Source: Eledone cirrhosa (lineage: Eukaryota). Taken from it: a DNA stretch of 64,000 nt. Position numbers and translations under genes: made by a program. This document shows, piece after piece, positions 1 through 11,101 of the stretch. The stretch spans positions 248,620,001 to 248,684,000 of the forward strand of contig OZ024743.1 in NCBI GenBank assembly GCA_964016885.1, read 5' to 3'. The stretch's first letter is position 1. Every line of letters starts with the position of its first letter. Under the pieces are notes generated by a model. That model was not told where the DNA came from. It made no database searches and was given only the letters and a program-made list of their open reading frames with translations.

Positions 1-6
1 GGTACG

Positions 7-1560
7 GTGGGACACACCATGGTCAACCGGATAGTTAACCAAGTCGTACAGAATGGGGTTGTTCCGAAGGACTGGCGTAGCAGCATCATCGTTAACTGTT
101 ATAAGGGTAAAGGAGATGCCCTAGATAGGAGTAACTATAGAGGCATTAAATTAATCGACCAGGTCATGAAGGTCACGGAAAAAGTAATAGCGCAACTAAT
201 CAGAGAGAGAATTGATCTAGATGAAATGCAGTTCGGGTTTGTGTCAGGCAAAAGTGCCACAGACGCTCTTTTCATTGTACGACAACTACAGGAGAAGTAC
301 CTAGCTAAAAGTAAACCCCTATACTTAGCTTTTGTCGACTTGGAGAAAGCCTTCAACAGAGTCCCCCGTTCCATTATCTGGTGGGCTCTTAGAAAACTAG
401 GTGTTGACGAATGGCTTGTGAGAGCTGTACAAGCCATGTATAAAGAAACAGTCAGCAAGGTTAGAATTAACAACGAATATAGTGAAGGGTTTAGCGTAAA
501 AGTTGGCGTCCATCAGGGCTCTGTTCTCAGCCCCCTACTATTTATTATTGCCCTTCAGGCTATAACAGAGGAGTTCAAGACCGGTTGCCCATGGGAACTC
601 CTATACGCAGATGACCTAACACTCATAGCTGAATCAATGGCCGAGCTAGAGAAGAAATTCCAAACATGGAAGCACGACCTAGAATCAAAAGGTCTTAAAA
701 TTAACCTGGCTAAGACTAAAGTTGTAGTTTGTAAGAAAGAAAATAAGGCGGCGGTCCCTTCCGGGAAGTGGTCATGCTCAGTGTGTAGGAAAGGCGTAGG
801 TAGAAACTCCATTTTGTGTCCCAAATGCAAAGTAGGGGTGCATAAAAGATGTAGTGGGATCACAGGTAAGCTAACTAAGAACATAGATTTTACATGTGGC
901 CGGTGCTCTGGTGCAATAAGTAGCAGCAAGTGCCCACAAAATACTAGCTCTTTCAACTGCGCAGAGCGTTCTATAGAAATAGTGGACAGCTTCCGTTACC
1001 TGGGTGACAAAATCAGCAGTGGGGGAGGGTGCTCTGAAAGTACAGTAGCTAGAGTCAGAACTGGATGGAAAAAGTTCAGAGAGCTTATACCACTATTAGC
1101 TGCTAAAGGGTTCTCCCTAAAAATGAAAGGCAGGTTGTATGATGCCTGCATACGAACAGCAATGTTGCATGGCAGTGAGACCTGGGCATTGTGTGCAGAG
1201 GATATATGCAGACTAGAGAGGAACGAAGCTTGCATGCTCCGCTGGATGTGTAATAGTAATATACGTGAACGGCAAAGCATAAACGAACTAAGGAAACAAT
1301 TAGAAATAAGAGGGATCAGATGTTGTTTACTCGAGAGAAGGCTACGTTGGTATGGTCACGTGATACGCATGAAAGACGATAGCTGTATAACAAAGTGCAG
1401 GGCAATAAAGATAGACGGTAGCCACGGAATAGGCAGACCCAGAAAAACCTGGGACGAGCTGATAAATTCCGACCTCACACACTTACACCTCTCCAAGACA
1501 ATGTCGCTGGACCGAGACCTTTGGCGGTACTCAGTAATAGAGAAGACCCGCCTTACCTAA
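7..1560 (+). CDS. RTE LINE reverse transcriptase (partial) with inserted PHD-type finger
   Basis: Motifs NYRGIKL, QFGF, FVDLEKAF(N)R, GVHQGSVLSPLLF, YADD, FRYLG, RRLRWYGHV and GRPRKTW. Cys/His cluster at 769-906. Carries D>N in DLEKAFD and W>G in the finger relative to copy 3. Confidence 0.93.
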   Translation: MGHTMVNRIVNQVVQNGVVPKDWRSSIIVNCYKGKGDALDRSNYRGIKLIDQVMKVTEKVIAQLIRERIDLDEMQFGFVSGKSATDALFIVRQLQEKYLAKSKPLYLAFVDLEKAFNRVPRSIIWWALRKLGVDEWLVRAVQAMYKETVSKVRINNEYSEGFSVKVGVHQGSVLSPLLFIIALQAITEEFKTGCPWELLYADDLTLIAESMAELEKKFQTWKHDLESKGLKINLAKTKVVVCKKENKAAVPSGKWSCSVCRKGVGRNSILCPKCKVGVHKRCSGITGKLTKNIDFTCGRCSGAISSSKCPQNTSSFNCAERSIEIVDSFRYLGDKISSGGGCSESTVARVRTGWKKFRELIPLLAAKGFSLKMKGRLYDACIRTAMLHGSETWALCAEDICRLERNEACMLRWMCNSNIRERQSINELRKQLEIRGIRCCLLERRLRWYGHVIRMKDDSCITKCRAIKIDGSHGIGRPRKTWDELINSDLTHLHLSKTMSLDRDLWRYSVIEKTRLT

Positions 1561-1735
1561 ATACAAAGTAAAACCTACTACAGTCAGTAGGCATCTCTAA
1601 CAAAATACACCCCCGTCCCACCACCCCCACCCCATCCACACCGCCCCCTTTCAATGTAAAGTTATGTTGGTGCCACAACATCCAGGCCGAAACAAATGAG
1701 ATCGTGTAGGTGTCACGACAAAAAAACACACAGTT

Positions 1736-1959
1736 CACGCTGTAATGTGGCCGTGTAGGTAACACGGTAAAAACCTCCCAGCCTCACACTGTAAATGTGG
1801 TTGGTGTTAGGAAGGGCATCCAGCTGTAGAAAACCCGCCAGACAGTCCACGCTGTAATGTGGCCGTGTAGGCAACACGGTAAAAACCTCCCAGCCACACA
1901 CTGTAAATGTGGTTGGTGTTAGGAAGGGCATCCAGCTGTAGAAAACCCACCAGATAGTC
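1736..1959 (+). repeat. 112-bp tandem duplication in the 3' UTR of copy 1
   Basis: 1736-1847 is repeated at 1848-1959. The segment is single-copy in copy 3 (about 14460-14571). Confidence 0.9.
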
Positions 1960-4900
1960 CTATGCGAGCAAGATAATCACTCTTGCCTCAAGTGGGAAAA
2001 CCCCCGTCCAAACCCATGCAAGCGTGGAACACGGACGTTAAACGTTGATGATGATGATGTGACATTGACTAAAGTAGAAATTCCAAAATTTTAGCTGAGA
2101 TAATAGTTTGAGGTTTGATCTCTAATTTGAAGTTACATCTAAAGCAAACATTTGACTCCCCCTATAACTGTAGGTCGAGACAAATGACCTAGATTTAATA
2201 TTTCTCTCAATCGTGTTAAAATAAGTCATGTAAACACAGGTGTTTATGATTAAACAATGATTGATATCATCAATGTAAGACTGTTATAATACTGATATTG
2301 TTTGTAGTTTCAAGGCTGTTGATGACAAGGTTGGTAGAACATCTGACCAAAATCTTTGCTGTATTTAATTGCCTCCCTTATGATTCTGAGATCAATCCTA
2401 CCAATTTCGACTTTACTTTACTTTTCATGTACTGAGATGAATATAATTAAAAGTTACATTCCTTAAAATGTAGGGCATTGTGACTAAAATTGAAATTGAT
2501 ATTATTTGTATTCATGAATGAATCTTTTAAAAACTTTGAATGATTTAAGTTGCTACTTAATACTAAAAATAGTAAAAAATCTCACTACCAGAAAAAATAT
2601 TCTTAAATCAAATTTCTTTTACTACAGAAACTGTCAAAAATGAAATATGAATGCATAATAAAGTATTCAAGGTATAAATGTAATATATAAATGTGATAGA
2701 TAAAAATCAAAGAACCTTAAATATTAAATATTATACACTTTCAAATATAAGCTATAGACATCAATTGATTCTGAAATGTTTCTTGTTATTCAGTCAACAT
2801 ACAGTGCAGGTCAAACTTTGTATACAATGGACTGGCAATACTTTATTTATAGACAATCTTCTATGTTCATACCACTTATTTCAGGTGAGAATGTAGCAGT
2901 CTTTACAAACTTTTTAATGTAAACAACCAACAGACATGCTGAGGCAGACTGACCACACTGGTATTTGGGCAATGTCTGATGAGCCACTGAGCTAAGCAAA
3001 AAAAAAAAAAGTCTCTGCAAAAATGTCCCAAACATATCAAGTCTTAACTGCTGCACACAGATTGTACAGAAAATGGAATGCTCCTTAGCTGAGCAGTGAA
3101 AACATGCCTCTGGCCCTCAGCAATCTGTTAGTGTCAACAAGATGAATGGGCTGGTTTTAACACCTAGTCTACTTCTGCTAATATGTAATTAATGAATATC
3201 CCTCACCATCTTCTGGGGCAATGTGGTCTCAATACTGTTGGCTGGGACCACGAGGTGGATGACATATTAGGGCAGGAGTAGGATGGCAGTCTTTAGATGA
3301 AAGGGTTAATAATCCTGACACACTCACACATAATAATAGGTATTTCTATCTATAATGACATAAATAGGCTAATTGCCTATTAATGCGTTACCCACATTAT
3401 ATCCACCATTGTCATTTTCCGAAAACATTTCTACTGTAGTTTTTGCAGTATTTTTTTTTCTGCTACAACCAATACTTTTTTGTGGTTATCCAACCATTAT
3501 TTTCTTTGGGTGCACCTTTTAGAGCAGAGCACATTGTTGGTTTTATATTCTATATTCTTGGAACATTGTCAGTTAGTAAATTTGTCTGATAGCCCTGCCA
3601 CCAAGTTATCTAGCATGGCTGAAATTCAAATAGGATAGAAGTTTGCACAACAGAAATAAAGGGCTTTAGTTAGTTGATCTGTAAATATAATAGCAAGCAA
3701 GAGATAACTGTATAGGTCACCATAGTCAAACTATTCCTATTGTAGGTTTTTCTAAACTTTTCTTTGTTTTTCCTGTTTTCCTTATGATACACTTATTTAT
3801 TTAATCTGTTTTGTTATAGATACATACTATTGAATAAAGTGTTATAACAAATGAAACAAATTCAGTCCCCTTGGAGGCATGCTTTTATCTTTCCTTTGTC
3901 AGTAATTTCTCGTCCATTTGTCACAAGAATTCCACCTGAACCATATTGATATATTTCTCAGTCTATATTCAGTATGACATGAAGAGAAACTTTATTAATT
4001 TATAGAAAAAAAACAAAAAAACGTTGCAGCACTTTATATTGACAAAAATTCCTCAACACTTTTGTTCAGCAAACCATCTAGAGTAGACTAAATATATTTT
4101 GCAGCAATGTAGATATAAGCATGATCATTTTTTTTCTCTCCACGTATAGTATCTTGTGTATTCTTTACAATTGCTATGCCCTAAATTTGTATACCTTAAT
4201 CTGAGAAACAATTTTATTTGAGAACTTTCTGAATTTTTGTTTGTTTTGTTTAATATTTCAAGGCTGTTCATCCATAACTATGAATAATATCATGACTGGA
4301 GTGCCACATGTGAAATTTTTTTCTGGTGTTAACCTCATCACCTTCATCACAAACCTAGGTACTGCAGCCCATAATACAGAAGATAACCAAGCACTGTGAT
4401 TTGACTGACTGCTTCATTTTTTTGCCAGTTGTCATTGAGATCTCCAGTGTCTTTGGTCACCAGACTCCCATTTACCTCCACAAAAATCAGGAAATGTGTA
4501 TCCCATCTGTATAAGGAGCCCTGTGGGGTGGAATGGCTTCTGCAGTAGGTGTTGCTGGTTGTTGTCTATGGCATTGCTTTCACCATCTTGTCTGTGGGGT
4601 GCAGCTAAGATATACTGCCCAGTCAAGGATGTAGAGTTTCCTCTCCCTTCCTCCTTTGCATTTTTTTAAATAACTAATTTTTCTTTTTCCTCCCCCTTTT
4701 TCCTCTTTTCTTGTTTATTATTTTAAGTTTTGTTAGATACCTTCATTATCTTTTTTTTTACAAATATTCCTGTTCACTGACAAAGACTATTATTTGTAAG
4801 TTTTGTAATTATGACAATCATTTGGCAATCTCACTCTCAGACTGTGGATGAAAAACACTACATTATTATCGAAATTTAATCATATTATCCAATCAACTAA

Positions 4901-6085
4901 CATATTTCTTCAATGTCTTTTTCTCTCCCAGACTTTCATCTATTCTTTTTAAATTTACAGTTTTATATGCCTAATACAATTGGTTTCATCAAATATTCTT
5001 TAAAGCATCAGATAATCTTTAAAACAAATACTTTCCAAAATATCAGAGGATACAATTGAAAAATTAATTTAGAAAATAATCAAATAAAGCTAGTAAAGTT
5101 AGAAGTGTAATCTTGTTTGTTTGTAATTTCTAGGCTTTATTTTTAAAGTTAAAACTTCTTATACAATTAGTATACAAATATTACCTTCTGAAAACCAAAA
5201 GAATAAGTTTAGAATTACAAGAGTGTAATTCGAATTCTTCACTGAAATTTAAACCAATAGCAGTAGGATGTTTTGATTTAAATTAGTTCTAAATCATATC
5301 TTATACAGGTGACTTAACCAAGTTTCTGTAGCCTTAAATAAATGTCAATGAATTATATTGATTTCAAAAAGCTGCAGCAAAATTAATTGGGAATCATTGA
5401 ACACACAAGAAATAGCAGCCAAGCAACACTATCTTAACTACACAAACAGAAGGATTAATTTCATTTAAATATACTAGAAGGCAAGGAAATATTTTTCATA
5501 GACATTTGTTATCAAAAGTTTGTAATGTTACAAAACAATTCAGTTAAGGGACTCAAAGTAGAAGTTTTAACTACAAAGTTCATTTCAACTAAAAAAAAAA
5601 AAAAATATCAAACAGAAAGGTGATCATCAGATCAGACCAAAGAAACTATGTTTCCATTGTTCTTTCCATTGCTGATACAATCTGCCAGTCACAACTCCTA
5701 GCAGGAGGAGTAACATGGGTTCAATTCCTGGACTGGGCAATGGATTGGGTTCTTGATCAAAATATTTTATTTGATGTTGCTCCTTCTGCCAGGAGTTGCA
5801 GCTGGCAGATAGTATCAGTAATGGACATCACCAAACGACACGGTTTCCTTGGTCCAATCTGATGATCGGTTCCTTTCCTTTTCATCATTAACAATAGTTC
5901 ATGATAAGTTGTTAGAAAATCCATAGTTAAAGTGTTGAGATGTAGAGAATACAACAGATTAATATAAATATACATACAGATCTTACAATTTGAAGAAATA
6001 TGGCTGTATTTAAGAAAGGCTCCCACTGTGTTTAACCAGCTTCTACTTCAGTCCATTTGTTCATCAGTTAGTCATGGCAAAGGTC

Positions 6086-6089
<4 letters not shown>

Positions 6090-6139
<50 letters not shown>

Positions 6140-6324
6140 AGAGAGAGAGAGAGAGAGAAACAGAAAGAGAGAGAAAAAGAGAGAAAGAGAGAGAGAGAGA
6201 GAAAATTAAAGAGAAAGAGAGAGAAAGGGAGAGAAAAAGAGAGAGAAAGAGAGAGAAAGAGATAAAAAGAGAGAAAGAAAGAGAGAAAAAGAGAGAAAAA
6301 GAGAAAGAAAGAGATAAAAAGAGA
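6090..6324 (+). repeat. (GA)n / purine-rich microsatellite
   Basis: Pure GA run decaying into GAAA/GAGAAA variants. Confidence 0.95.
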
Positions 6325-6834
6325 CAATGTTTCTCATTGGTTAATTAGAATATATGTTTAACCAATGGGATTGTTAGCTGTTTAACGAATGGGATTGCTA
6401 TATCCAATTTTAGTAACTTGCTCATATTTAAATATCTATGTTGTTGCAAGGCAACATGATAATATGTATGTGTGTTTGTGGCAAATACTGTATGAACATG
6501 TGTGTGAATGTGCATGTTAGCAATAGACAGTAACTATAGCATTGGCTACAAAATAACAATAGAAGTGAACATTGATGAACTAACCAAAACAAATCAGCTA
6601 ATTGCAAAGATTTCTAACATTGATACAAATAACTAATTTGTTAGATAGGATTATGGTTGACTGCATCAAGATCAATGAATTACTGGTACTTAGTTTATCC
6701 CCTTTATCCACCCCATGGGTTAAATTGTAAGGTCAAGCTCAGAGGGATGTGAACAAACAATGTAAAAGATGTAACTAAATGCAGCAAGGCATTTTGTCCA
6801 ATACTCTACTGTGTATGCCCTTTTACCCCTCTCT

Positions 6835-7200
6835 TCATCATCACCACTGTTTTATACTTGTTTTCCATGCTTGCATGGGTTAGATGGGTTGTCAAGTTCT
6901 GAGGCTAGGTAGATCAGATGACTGTGTCTTGTTCACACATTCCATTCTGGCACAGTTTTTACAACTGGATACCCTTCCCAATGCCAACCACTTCCTGATA
7001 TGTACTGAGTACTTTTTATTGTAGCACCAGCACTACCAGCCGACAGGGTGGACTGGTTGTATTTTATCATGGCACCAGCACTACCACTTTCCAGAGGAGG
7101 CTGAGTGCATTTTATTGTAGCACCGACACTACGACTTTGCAGAAGGGGCCAAGTGCATGTACTTGTAGCAATGGCACTACCACTTTTCAACACTAGGATG
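6835..7200 (-). mobile_element. Degenerate RTE 3'-UTR-derived element
   Basis: Reverse complement of the tail, the CCATGCAAGCATGG stem-loop and the GGAAGGG(T)ATCCAG core, followed by several internal GTAGTGCTGGTGC units. Confidence 0.7.
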
Positions 7201-7499
7201 GTTATTGTGTCATCCTCAGCAAAACTGAAGCAGCAATGATGGGAGTGGGCAATGATGGGATGAAAGCAAGAGGTGGGCAAACTACATAATAAACCTGGTC
7301 TTATCATTATATCTATTCAATGCATTTGTAGAATAAATTTAGATAATTGCTATTTGAAGATTGTAATGAAAATATGTCAACTTTATTGAGTTGTTTAAAT
7401 ATACTAAAGATGTCTAAATATACTAAATATACTTTAAGTATGTACCAGAAGCAAATTGGCAAAGGAGATCCTATTCCTCGTCCATATTGTGAACAAATT

Positions 7500-8060
7500 A
7501 CCAAAGTTGTGGGCTTAACAAAACATGGATGATCTGAGAGAAAAGTTGACTATAAAAGGATTCAAATATAGTGTGCTGGAGAGAAGACTGCACAAGTATG
7601 GACATATGATACATATGGATGATGATATATACAATATGCCCACACACCCTCCCACTGCAAAATAGCACCCAGCCCACACTGCAAAGTGGACGTGTAGGCG
7701 CCACGGAAAAAAGCACCCAGCACTCACTGTAAATGAGGTTGGTGTTAGGAAGGGCATCCATCTGTAGAAACCAAGCCAAAATCAGTTCCTGTATTAGCAA
7801 GGCATGGTCAATCAACCAGACACTGCCCACAACAGGACAACCCGTCTAACCCATGCTAGCATGGAAGAATGGACGTAAAACGGTGATGATGATGATGATG
7901 ATTATTGGGTGAAGAAATGCCAAGAAATCCTAGTGGAAGGAAGCTACAATAGACGAAGACCAAGAAAGACTTGGGCTGAGGTTGTGAGAGTTGATCTCAA
8001 AATCACTGAATCTCACAGAGGAGATGACGAAGGTGCAAAAGCAGACATAAAATGTTGATG
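7500..8060 (+). pseudogene. Old RTE ORF C-terminal relic, split by a nested insertion
   Basis: LERRLHKYGHMIHMDDD (ending 7626) continues as YWVKKCQEILVEGSYNRRRPRKTWAEVVRVDL (from 7903), matching copy 2 GHVMHMVDDQWVKKCQE. Confidence 0.8.
7627..7902 (+). mobile_element. RTE 3'-UTR element inserted into a GATGATGAT site
   Basis: Shares the CACTGTAAATGxGGTTGGTGTTAGGAAGGGCATCCA core, the terminal stem-loop and the (GAT)n tail with LINE copies 1 and 3. Confidence 0.85.
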
Positions 8061-8229
8061 ACAATGGGGTGTTAAACCTTAGTCAGTTACAACAATGAGT
8101 TCCAGTTGATTTGATCAATGAAACAGTCTGCTAGTGAAATTAATGTACAAGTGACTGAGTGTTTCACCGACACATTTACTTTGAACATAGTTCTCAGGAA
8201 AATTCAGCATAAAATAGTAAAACAAAAAA

Positions 8230-10561
8230 ATGCATAGTTAAAGCGGGACAAGCAGATGGTGTCAAATACCAAGGCATACCCTGGGGAAGAATGTACCCCA
8301 CAGCATAGGTTAGTCGTTAGTGATATCTCAGTAAGCAAGAGATGGAATGAGACATACAGGAAGGTGTGGAGAAGAAAGACCTGGAAGCTAAAAGACCTTT
8401 CACTAAAATACAAATTTAGGAAAGCCCTTCAAGATGTGTATGATGAAAAAGAAGATGATTTAAAGTCGTATGACAGATAATAACTGGAATTTCTTACGTG
8501 ACAACTTACTGCAGGCTACTGATGAAACTTGTGGCTGGAGCAGGGCTCCAACCAGACAGAGAGTGACTTGGTGGTGGAACAGCATGGGCCATTAGAGACA
8601 AAAGACTAACATGGAAGGCTTGGAAAAAGGGTGGGAGTAGAGAAGGATATACAGCTGCTAAGAGAGAAGCTAGACGTCAGGTGTACTTAGCACGCAGGGA
8701 GGCTGAGAGTAGGAGGTTTGCCAATGTTCTGCAACAGGAAGATCAGAGGCATGTGGTGTTCCCCATTGCAGGGCAGTGTGTCAATGCAAATCAGGATGTT
8801 GTTGGAGATAAATGTGTCCGGAATGATGCTGGTGTACTTAGTGTCACGAATGATCAGAATAAGGAGGCCTGGAAATGTCATTATTAGAGACTGATGAATG
8901 TGGAGAACGAGAAATTACCCTCAATAGATCCAACAGAAGAACCAGCTATTGAGATTGATGAATATAGGGTCCAAGAGGCGATTAAGGAAATGAAAAATGG
9001 TAAGGCCGCTGGACCGTCGGGGATAGATGCTGAAGGCATCAGGATACGTAGGCACTAAACTGGTTGCACGCATCATCAATCAGGCTATATATGATGGTGT
9101 CATACCCAAAGACTGGTGCAGCAGTATTCTCATAAATTGCTACAAAGGTAAAGGGGATGCTCTGGAGATGAGCAATTATAGGGGTATAAAACTGATGGAT
9201 CAGGTTATGAAAGTGGCAGAAAAGACATTAGCACAACTAATTAGAGAAAGGGTCAAACTAGATGAGATGCAGTTTGGTTTTGTGCCTGGGATAAGTACAA
9301 CAGATGCCCTCTTCTTGGTGAGATAATTACAAGAGCGGTTCTTAGAGAAGAATAAGCCACTATACTTAGCTTTTGTTGACCTAGAGAAGGCCTTTGATAG
9401 GGAACCCCGATCTGTCATCTGGTGGTCCCTAAGGAAACTAGGTGTTGAGGAATGGCTTGTGAGGACAGAGCAAACTTTGTACAGAGGTGCTGTCAGTAAA
9501 GTCAGGGTAGGAATGGAGTTTAGTGAGGAATTCCAGATACAAGTAGGTTCTGTCCTCAGCCCGCTCTTGTTCATTATAGTCCTCCAAGCCATAACAGAGG
9601 AGTTTAAGACTGGCTGTCCATGGGAACTTCTCTATGCTGACGATCTGGTTCTTATAGCAGAATCAGTAGAGGAGCTAGAGAATAAATTCTGGCTATGGAA
9701 ACAGCAGTTGGAAGCAAGAGGACTGAGAGAAAAGAGGACAAAACTCTGATTCCATCAGGGAAATGGCCATGCTCGATATGCAGAAAAGGAACTGGCATAA
9801 ATTCTATAAAATGGACACAATGCAGATCTTGGGTACACAAGAGATGTAGTGGGATAGCAGGCAAACTAACAGGTAGGGAGAAATACAACAGGAAATTAGA
9901 CAGTAGAAGTCGCATTGATAGACACATTTTTCAAATGCAGGCGGGTGCTATAGAAGTGGTTGATAGCTTCCGGTACCTAGGTGATCAGATTAGCATGGAA
10001 GGGGGGGGGGGTTCCGAGACCATAGTATCTAGAATAAGGACAGGTTGGAAGAAGTTTAGGGAGCTGCTTCCTCTGCTGATGAAGAAGGGTTTCTCCCTGC
10101 GTACGAAAGGCCGGTTATATGATGCCTGTGTGAGGAGCGCGATGCTGCATGATAGGGAGACATGGGCAGCAACTGTAGAGAAATGAGACAAGCATGCTCC
10201 GTTGGATGTGCAATGTCAATGTGAGTGAACGACCCAGCATGGATGTGTTGAGAGAGAAACTGTGTCTGAGAGGGATAGAATGTGGCATGCAAGAGAGTAG
10301 ACTGCGGTGGTATGGACATGTGATGCACATGGTGGATGACCAATGGGTGAAGAAGTGTCAGGAAATGCCAGTTGAAGGAAGACGTGGTAGAGGTAGACCA
10401 CGAAAACATGGGCGGAGGTAGTGAGAACAGACCTCAGATCGCTGAAGCTCACGGTGGAGATGACGAAGGACTGTGACAAGTGTAGAGATGCTGTGCTGAA
10501 TAGGACCCGTCCCATCTTTGCAAGCAGGGAAAATCGGACGTATGATGATGATGATGATGAA
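8230..10561 (+). mobile_element. RTE LINE copy 2: divergent sister subfamily, 5'-truncated and pseudogenised
   Basis: Fragmented frames homologous to copy 3 from the end of the endonuclease (PGEECTPQHRL) through the RT (ELLYADD) to RGRPRK. Many stops and frameshifts. Very short 3' UTR and a (GAT)n tail at about 10544-10560. Confidence 0.92.
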
Positions 10562-10899
10562 GGTAGTTTAATACCAAGTCTGTTGTTAGTGTGTCTAATG
10601 AGTATATTTATCTGAGTTGATCACATCTTTTACCTCACCAAATCACTTTCCACCCACTTTCATTGCTTTGCTGTCTACCCCACGATATTCATGTAACGTA
10701 ATGTACATATTCTTCTTCATCTCTACCTCCACACTCCATATTTCGTATCAAGTCCAAATAGCCAATCTATCGCTAAAACAATCTACATTTTTTTGTATTC
10801 ATTAATTGTTAGATACGAAAGTTTTTGGTCGTATTGAACAGAACAAATTTTGTATTTTTGTTAATCGCTTGTTAAATGCAAGGACCCCATTCAATCATT

Positions 10900-10995
10900 G
10901 TGGACCAATCATTGCTATTACGTGGACCAATCATAAGCCAGAGCCCCCACGCATCACCAGTATTATTATTACGTGGACCAATCATAAGCCAGAGG
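10900..10995 (+). promoter_or_regulatory. Putative internal promoter: three CCAAT boxes in a short tandem repeat
   Basis: TGGACCAATCAT three times (CCAAT at 10905, 10927, 10978). TATTACGTGGACCAATCATAAGCCAGAG duplicated at 51-bp spacing, 120-200 nt upstream of the ATG. Confidence 0.45.
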
Positions 10996-11101
10996 CCTAT
11001 ACTATCGCTTGCCTGGTTGCCTTTCGATATATGATGGATGGATGGACTGCGGAATCCTGGAGAGTGGAGGAGAGAGAGAAAAATCTGGACGCTCAGCGAC
11101 A

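Larger units (their letters stand above)
1..2059 (+). mobile_element. RTE-clade LINE, young copy 1 (3' half; continues beyond the left edge of the window)
   Basis: RT ORF to 1560, then a 3' UTR ending in a (GAT)n tail at about 2047-2059. Colinear with copy 3 at a constant offset of 12719 through the ORF. Confidence 0.95.

Noticed and set aside
135-1280. Minus-strand ORFs over the LINE (also at 13274-14089)
   Set aside because: Antisense shadows of the RT frame. They recur only because the copies are near-identical.
6028-6348. Glu/Arg/Lys-rich ORFs
   Set aside because: Translation of a (GA)n microsatellite.
10562-11100. HDV-like ribozyme at the LINE 5' end, as known for some RTEs
   Set aside because: I could not build the nested double pseudoknot by eye. 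An RNArobo/Infernal search is needed.
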